Assembly (NCBI GenBank): GCA_050252455.1
Contig: JBFWKW010000007.1
Span: 296-64,295 of the forward strand
DNA length: 64,000 nucleotides
Source of the DNA: Campylobacterales bacterium
GTDB lineage: Bacteria; Campylobacterota; Campylobacteria; Campylobacterales; UBA6016
Direction: 5' to 3'
The position numbers and the translations under genes are program-made. Positions 59,259 through 64,000 of the stretch are shown piece after piece (position 1 is the first letter of the stretch; every line of letters starts with the position of its first letter). The notes beneath the pieces are model-generated. The model saw only the letters and a list, made by a program, of their open reading frames with translations, did not search any database and was not told the DNA's origin.

Positions 59259-60458
59259 ATGATTAAGTTGCTGGGCAATAAAAGTTTTTTTATCATATTT
59301 TTAGCCGCGTATGCGGCTCTTATCTTTTCGTATCCGCATTTTTTATCCATAAGCTCATTTGAGGCTTCTATTTTTTATAACGATAGCGGCTATCTCGGTA
59401 TCATCACAAGATTTTTTTGCAATATTTTTGGACAAAACGACTTTGGCCTTAGGATATTCTTCATCGCCGTCTACTTCGCATCTCTACCTCTTTTTTATTC
59501 TGTCTCAAAGAGGGTCTTAAGGCAAGAGTCGGACGCAAGATTGTCATTGTTGATTTTTTGCCTTCTCCCCGGAAGCAGCCTCTCCGCCTTACTGGTTATG
59601 AAATCATCGGTCATCATATTTCTATCGCTTGCTTTTATCTATCTTTACGGCAAAGGTCGCACGCTATTGGCTTTTGTCATGCTTGGATTGTCTGCCGTGC
59701 TTGACGGGGCATTTGCTATTTTATTTTTGTCTCTCATTTTTTACGCGATACACAAAAAAGATAATGCGCTGATTTTTGTAGCTCTTTTATTGTTTGGGTT
59801 GTCGATGGCTATGTTTGGTTTTGACGACGGCGGACGGCCTAGAGGATACTTTTTGGATACGCTGGGCGTATATATGTCTATTTTTTCCCCGATACTTTTT
59901 TTGTATTTTGTATTTGCCATATACAAGATAAAGCGGGAAGATAGGCCTATCGGCTGGTATGTATCTTTTTGGGCGCTTATTTTTTCCCTTCTTTTATCGT
60001 TTAGGCAAAAAATTATGATTTACGATTTTGCCCCGTTTGTTGTACTTGCAATTCCTTTTATGGTGAAGACTTTTTTTGCATCATATAGAATCAGAATAGG
60101 AAAAAATAAAAGAGTATACGAAGTTGGTTTTAGTGTTGTGCTACTGTCCCTTGCGTCAGTATTTGTGCTATCTTTTTTTAATCGGCCGCTGTATGCCTGT
60201 ATGGACTATAAAAAAACACATTTTGCCTACAACTACCAAGTAGCCAAAGAGCTAGCGCAAGAGTTGAAAAGCTTGGGGATTACCGAATGTATTGTTTCGG
60301 ATAGTGATATGGCTATCAGGCTAAAGTTTTACGGAATAAATAGAGGCGGAAATTATACCGTGGATGAAAAACCGCTCAAAAATAGCAAAAAAGTTTCAAT
60401 AATATACAGTGGAGTAGAGGTAGCCTCTTATTATGTTACTAAAATAAACACTTTATAG
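59259..60458 (+). CDS. Polytopic membrane protein, ArnT/PMT-like (GT-C fold) glycosyltransferase candidate
   Basis: About 10 TMs, with an N-terminal loop containing NDFGLRIFF and an overall pattern like PMT_2/ArnT-family proteins. The assignment is tentative. The in-frame ATG 59259 is preferred over TTG 59244. Confidence 0.45.
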   Translation: MIKLLGNKSFFIIFLAAYAALIFSYPHFLSISSFEASIFYNDSGYLGIITRFFCNIFGQNDFGLRIFFIAVYFASLPLFYSVSKRVLRQESDARLSLLIFCLLPGSSLSALLVMKSSVIIFLSLAFIYLYGKGRTLLAFVMLGLSAVLDGAFAILFLSLIFYAIHKKDNALIFVALLLFGLSMAMFGFDDGGRPRGYFLDTLGVYMSIFSPILFLYFVFAIYKIKREDRPIGWYVSFWALIFSLLLSFRQKIMIYDFAPFVVLAIPFMVKTFFASYRIRIGKNKRVYEVGFSVVLLSLASVFVLSFFNRPLYACMDYKKTHFAYNYQVAKELAQELKSLGITECIVSDSDMAIRLKFYGINRGGNYTVDEKPLKNSKKVSIIYSGVEVASYYVTKINTL

Positions 60459-60507
60459 TTTTTGTAGCTCGCAAAGCATGGCCTTTAAATTTTATATTTA
60501 GTAAAAA

Positions 60508-60516
60508 TGTTACAAT
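60508..60516 (+). promoter_or_regulatory. Candidate extended -10 promoter (TGtTACAAT) for aclBA
   Basis: It lies 28 nt upstream of ATG 60544 and is followed by the strong SD GAGGAGAGG. Confidence 0.4.
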
Positions 60517-60543
60517 TTGATAAATTACGAAGAGGAGAGGTCT

Positions 60544-61854
60544 ATGGCGCAAAGAGCTATTAGAGAGTATGACGGCAAAGCGCTGTTCGCCAAAGTATGG
60601 AACAACTATTTTGACGGTTTTAAATACGGTTTTGAGTCCGTTTTGGTAACAAGCAGCGCAGAGCTAAAGGCAAAGGCAAAAGAACCGGGCTATGAGTGGC
60701 TAAGCACAAAAGCTTTGGTTGCAAAACCGGATATGCTATTTGGTAAAAGAGGGAAAAACAATCTTGTATTGTTCAAAGACCAAAAGCCTGGCGATGTTAG
60801 CCTTGATAAAGCGGCATCTTGGATAGACGAAAAAATCAAAGAAGACACAAAACTTCTAAGCGGACAACATGGAACGCTTACTCACTTTATAGTTGAGCCT
60901 TTTACACCACACAGCCAAGAAGAAGAGTACTATATCTCAGCTACCGTTGTCGGAGAGGACGATGTGCTTTATATGTCTGCCGAGGGCGGCATGGAAGTCG
61001 AAGAGGGCTGGGATGAAAAAGTCGTAGAAGTGACCGTGCCTATCACAATGTCTGACGCCGAGATGGAAGCGAAAGTAAGAGCCGCAATCCCGGCTGACAT
61101 CAAAGACAAAAAATCATTCGGTGACTTTGCCGTATCGTTTTTCAAATTCTATAGAGATATGAACTTTGCATATCTTGAGATAAACCCGATAGTTATGCAA
61201 GGAGATAAATGCGAGCTTCTCGACCTTGTGGCAAGACTTGACGATACTGCGGGCTTTATGATGAGAGAGACATGGGGTGATATCGAATATCCGACTGCGT
61301 TTGGCATGGAAGACCAATCTCCGGAGGAAAAAGCTATTGCGGAAGCTGACGCAAAATCGGGCGCATCACTCAAACTTACCATACTAAACCCAAAAGGTCG
61401 TATCTGGACTATGGTTGCGGGAGGCGGCGCATCGGTTGTTTATGCCGATACTATCGCAGATCTTAGCGGCAATGTTGAAGACCTTGCAAACTACGGCGAA
61501 TACTCAGGCGGCCCTACGACTGGCGAAACAGAGTTTTACGCTTCGACGGTGCTTGATTTGATGACAAGAGAAAAAGACGTAAAAGGTAGAGATAAGATTC
61601 TAATCATTGGCGGCGCTATCGCAAACTTCACGGACGTTGCAAAAACATTTACCGGCATTATCCAAGCATTTGAAAAATACGCGGACAAAATGAAAGCTGT
61701 CGGCACAAGAATATATGTAAGAAGAGGCGGACCAAACTTTGAAAAAGGTCTAAAAGACATCAAAGAGGCCGCAGATAGACTAGGGCTTTACATAGAAGTT
61801 TACGGACCTGAAACGCATGTAACAGACATCGTTAGAATGGCGCTAGAGAAGTAA
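60544..61854 (+). CDS. aclB: ATP-citrate lyase beta subunit (ATP-grasp, succinyl-CoA synthetase beta-like)
   Basis: MAQRAIREYDGKALFAK... is the ACL N-terminus, and the gene is paired with aclA 10 nt downstream. I chose ATG 60544 after GAGGAGAGG. Confidence 0.9.
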   Translation: MAQRAIREYDGKALFAKVWNNYFDGFKYGFESVLVTSSAELKAKAKEPGYEWLSTKALVAKPDMLFGKRGKNNLVLFKDQKPGDVSLDKAASWIDEKIKEDTKLLSGQHGTLTHFIVEPFTPHSQEEEYYISATVVGEDDVLYMSAEGGMEVEEGWDEKVVEVTVPITMSDAEMEAKVRAAIPADIKDKKSFGDFAVSFFKFYRDMNFAYLEINPIVMQGDKCELLDLVARLDDTAGFMMRETWGDIEYPTAFGMEDQSPEEKAIAEADAKSGASLKLTILNPKGRIWTMVAGGGASVVYADTIADLSGNVEDLANYGEYSGGPTTGETEFYASTVLDLMTREKDVKGRDKILIIGGAIANFTDVAKTFTGIIQAFEKYADKMKAVGTRIYVRRGGPNFEKGLKDIKEAADRLGLYIEVYGPETHVTDIVRMALEK

Positions 61855-61864
61855 GGGGAATAAG

Positions 61865-63682
61865 ATGAGTGCACTATTTACAAAAGAAACACAAGCGATT
61901 TTTTGGAACAACAACAAAAGCGCAATTCAAAGAATGCTCGATTATGACTACGTAATCGGACGCAAAACTCCATCCGTTGCGGCTATCGTAGCGCCTTCTA
62001 CCGAAGACAAGTTTGACAAGTTCTTCTGGGGCGCCGATGAGATAATGATATCTCTATACAAAAATACAAAAGAAGCGGCGGCGGCTTGTCCAAATGCAGA
62101 CGTACTTCTCAATTTCGCTTCATTCAGAACTGCGTATGAAGTTACGATGGAAGCCATCGAGATGGGCAAACAGTTCAAAACTATCATGGTAACCGCCGAA
62201 GGTATTCCTGAGAGAATGGCAAGAAAGATGAACCAAGCCGCAAAAGATGCAGGCATTATAGTTATCGGCCCTGCAACGGTTGGCGGTATCGCTCCTGGCG
62301 CTTTCAAGATAGCAAATGTCGGTGGAACTATAGAAAATATCATTAACTCAAAGCTTCACAGAGCAGGCTCTTGCGGCCTTGTGACTCGTTCAGGTGGTCT
62401 ATTTAACGAGCTTTCAAACATCATCTCTATCAATGCCGACGGTATTGCGGAGGGTGTTGCTATAGGCGGCGATAGATTTGTGGGAAGCGTGTTCATAGAC
62501 AATCTCCTTAGAATGGAGAGCAACCCTGCTGTTAAATACATGGTACTTCTAGGTGAAGTCGGCGGCACGGAAGAGTATAAAGTAATAGAAGCGGTAAAAA
62601 GCGGCAAAATCAAAAAACCTATCATTGCATGGTGCATAGGTACAATAGCCAAGCACTTTAGCTCAGGTGTGCAGTTTGGTCACGCAGGTGCGAGCGCAAA
62701 TGCGGACGCTGAAACTGCGGCGGCAAAGAACAAAGCTATGGCAGACGCGGGTATATATGTACCTGAGAGCTTCAACGACCTGCCTGCAAAAATCAAAGAG
62801 GTATACACGAAGCTAAGAAATGAAGGCGTAATAGGCGAAGTAGAAGAGCCGGTACTAAACAAACTGCCGTCTTCTAGAAAAGCGAAAAACTTTATTTGTA
62901 CTATTTCCGACGATAGAGGCGATGAGGCGACTTATGCCGGTTATCCGATATCCAGCGTTGCTACGCCTGACACGGGCTTTAGTATCGGTGATGTTATGAG
63001 CCTTTTGTGGTTCAAAAAGAGATATCCAAAATGGGCTACAAACTTCATCGAAACGGTTGTTAAAACAGTCGCAGACCACGGCCCTGCGGTATCTGGCGCT
63101 CACAATGCGAGGGTTACGGCAAGAGCTGGAAAAGACGTTATCAGCTCTGTCGTTACCGGACTTCTCACCATCGGGCCTAGATTTGGCGGGGCGATAGACG
63201 GTGCGGCAAAATATTTCAAATACGGTTATGACAATGGTCTTAGCCCATCTGAATTTATAGAGTATATGAAAAAACAAGGTATTCCGATTCCTGGTATCGG
63301 ACACAGAATCAAATCTGTTAGAAATCCAGACCTTAGGGTATCCGGGCTCAAAAAGTATGTAGGTGAGTATTTCCCGTCAAGCCCACTTCTTGACTATGCG
63401 CTAGAGGTTGAAAAACTAACGACTAGCAAAAAAGACAACCTAATACTAAATGTTGACGGTACTATCGGCGTACTTATGATAGATATGTGGAGAGCGCTCG
63501 GCTACTCCGACGAAGAGATGGATGTATTCATCGAAGCCGGCGCACTAAATGCATTCTTTGTTCTTGGTCGTTGTATAGGTTTCATCGGGCATGTACTTGA
63601 CGAAAAACGTCTTGCAATGCCGATGTATAGACATCCATGGGAAGATATTCTTTATGATGTAAAAAAGGCTGAAGACATTTAG
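61865..63682 (+). CDS. aclA: ATP-citrate lyase alpha subunit (CoA-ligase + citryl-CoA lyase domains)
   Basis: It has the phospho-His loop VQFGHAGASA and a citrate-synthase-like C-terminus (GIGHRIKS). 605 aa. Confidence 0.95.
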   Translation: MSALFTKETQAIFWNNNKSAIQRMLDYDYVIGRKTPSVAAIVAPSTEDKFDKFFWGADEIMISLYKNTKEAAAACPNADVLLNFASFRTAYEVTMEAIEMGKQFKTIMVTAEGIPERMARKMNQAAKDAGIIVIGPATVGGIAPGAFKIANVGGTIENIINSKLHRAGSCGLVTRSGGLFNELSNIISINADGIAEGVAIGGDRFVGSVFIDNLLRMESNPAVKYMVLLGEVGGTEEYKVIEAVKSGKIKKPIIAWCIGTIAKHFSSGVQFGHAGASANADAETAAAKNKAMADAGIYVPESFNDLPAKIKEVYTKLRNEGVIGEVEEPVLNKLPSSRKAKNFICTISDDRGDEATYAGYPISSVATPDTGFSIGDVMSLLWFKKRYPKWATNFIETVVKTVADHGPAVSGAHNARVTARAGKDVISSVVTGLLTIGPRFGGAIDGAAKYFKYGYDNGLSPSEFIEYMKKQGIPIPGIGHRIKSVRNPDLRVSGLKKYVGEYFPSSPLLDYALEVEKLTTSKKDNLILNVDGTIGVLMIDMWRALGYSDEEMDVFIEAGALNAFFVLGRCIGFIGHVLDEKRLAMPMYRHPWEDILYDVKKAEDI

Positions 63683-63786
63683 TCTCCGCCTTTTTTAGCC
63701 TTCAGGGCGGATTGTCCTCTCCCTTTCCGCCCTTTAACTTCTTTTTTGTAAAATCAGTAAAATCTCACTAAATAACGGTTCTGCCG

Positions 63787-64000
63787 ATGATAAAAAAAGC
63801 ACTTACCACCATCGAACTAATCTTTATCGTTATACTAATAGGTATTATGTCGGCCGTCGCCACGTCGTATTTTAGAGATGATAAGTTGGCTCTTGCGGCA
63901 TACCAAGTCTTAGAACATATTAGATACACACAACATCTAGCACTTAGTGAGCATAAGTTTGATCCTAAGGATACGCAGTTTAAAAGTACCCCTGGATATG
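63787..64000 (+). CDS. Prepilin-type N-terminal cleavage/methylation-domain protein (pseudopilin-like), 3'-partial
   Basis: ATG 63787 gives MIKKALTTIELIFIVILIGIMSAVATSYF, a type IV pilin-like leader with the conserved Glu and a hydrophobic helix. It runs off the window end and is not in the ORF track. Confidence 0.6.
   Translation, partial: MIKKALTTIELIFIVILIGIMSAVATSYFRDDKLALAAYQVLEHIRYTQHLALSEHKFDPKDTQFKSTPGY

Noticed and set aside
63683-63712. Possible terminator hairpin after aclA (TCCGCC ... GGCGGA)
   Set aside because: It has only a 6-bp stem with a 16-nt loop and no U-tract, which is too weak to report as a feature.

Overview
The window looks like a chromosomal segment of a Campylobacterota (epsilonproteobacterial) genome. 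Gene order repeatedly matches what I recall from Campylobacter and Helicobacter: an FN3 lipoprotein-trmB-ftsEX-envC block, ubiA/miaA, purA followed by a FliJ-like gene, and thrS-infC-rpmI-rplT. The aclBA ATP-citrate lyase pair at 60.5-63.7 kb points to a reductive-TCA chemolithoautotroph. A Sulfurimonadaceae-like origin is inference only. Coding density is very high, stop/start overlaps are common, and TTG starts are frequent. I support about 67 CDS, mostly housekeeping (translation, amino-acid, purine, menaquinone/futalosine, cell division), one tRNA-Val(GAC), two hairpin terminators and a few extended -10 promoters. I found no rRNA, CRISPR array, transposase or integrase. The best candidate for an undescribed system is a seven-gene, translationally coupled signalling operon at 46060-55203. 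It encodes three tandem GGDEF(degenerate)-EAL paralogues, two of them with receiver domains and one also with an Aer-like PAS domain. It also encodes two stand-alone receivers, one REC-PAS-PAS histidine kinase, and a soluble TlpD-like chemoreceptor with a perfect CZB zinc/oxidant-sensing motif. That gives five receivers for one kinase, with no Hpt, no CheA/CheW and no DNA-binding output. Other notable items are listed here. (1) A 60-aa lipoprotein whose mature part is essentially six back-to-back bacterial N-glycosylation sequons (E-A-N-x-S/T). (2) A low-GC three-gene envelope module (PEGA protein, small periplasmic protein, DUF4105-like protein with a beta-barrel-like C-terminus). (3) A low-GC RelE/antitoxin island carrying two small membrane proteins, the upstream one of which is coupled to recG. 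(4) Two genes whose conserved N-termini are only explained by ATT initiation behind good Shine-Dalgarno sites. (5) A CorA with SMN in place of the GMN motif. All functional calls come from reading motifs in the supplied translations; no database searches were run.
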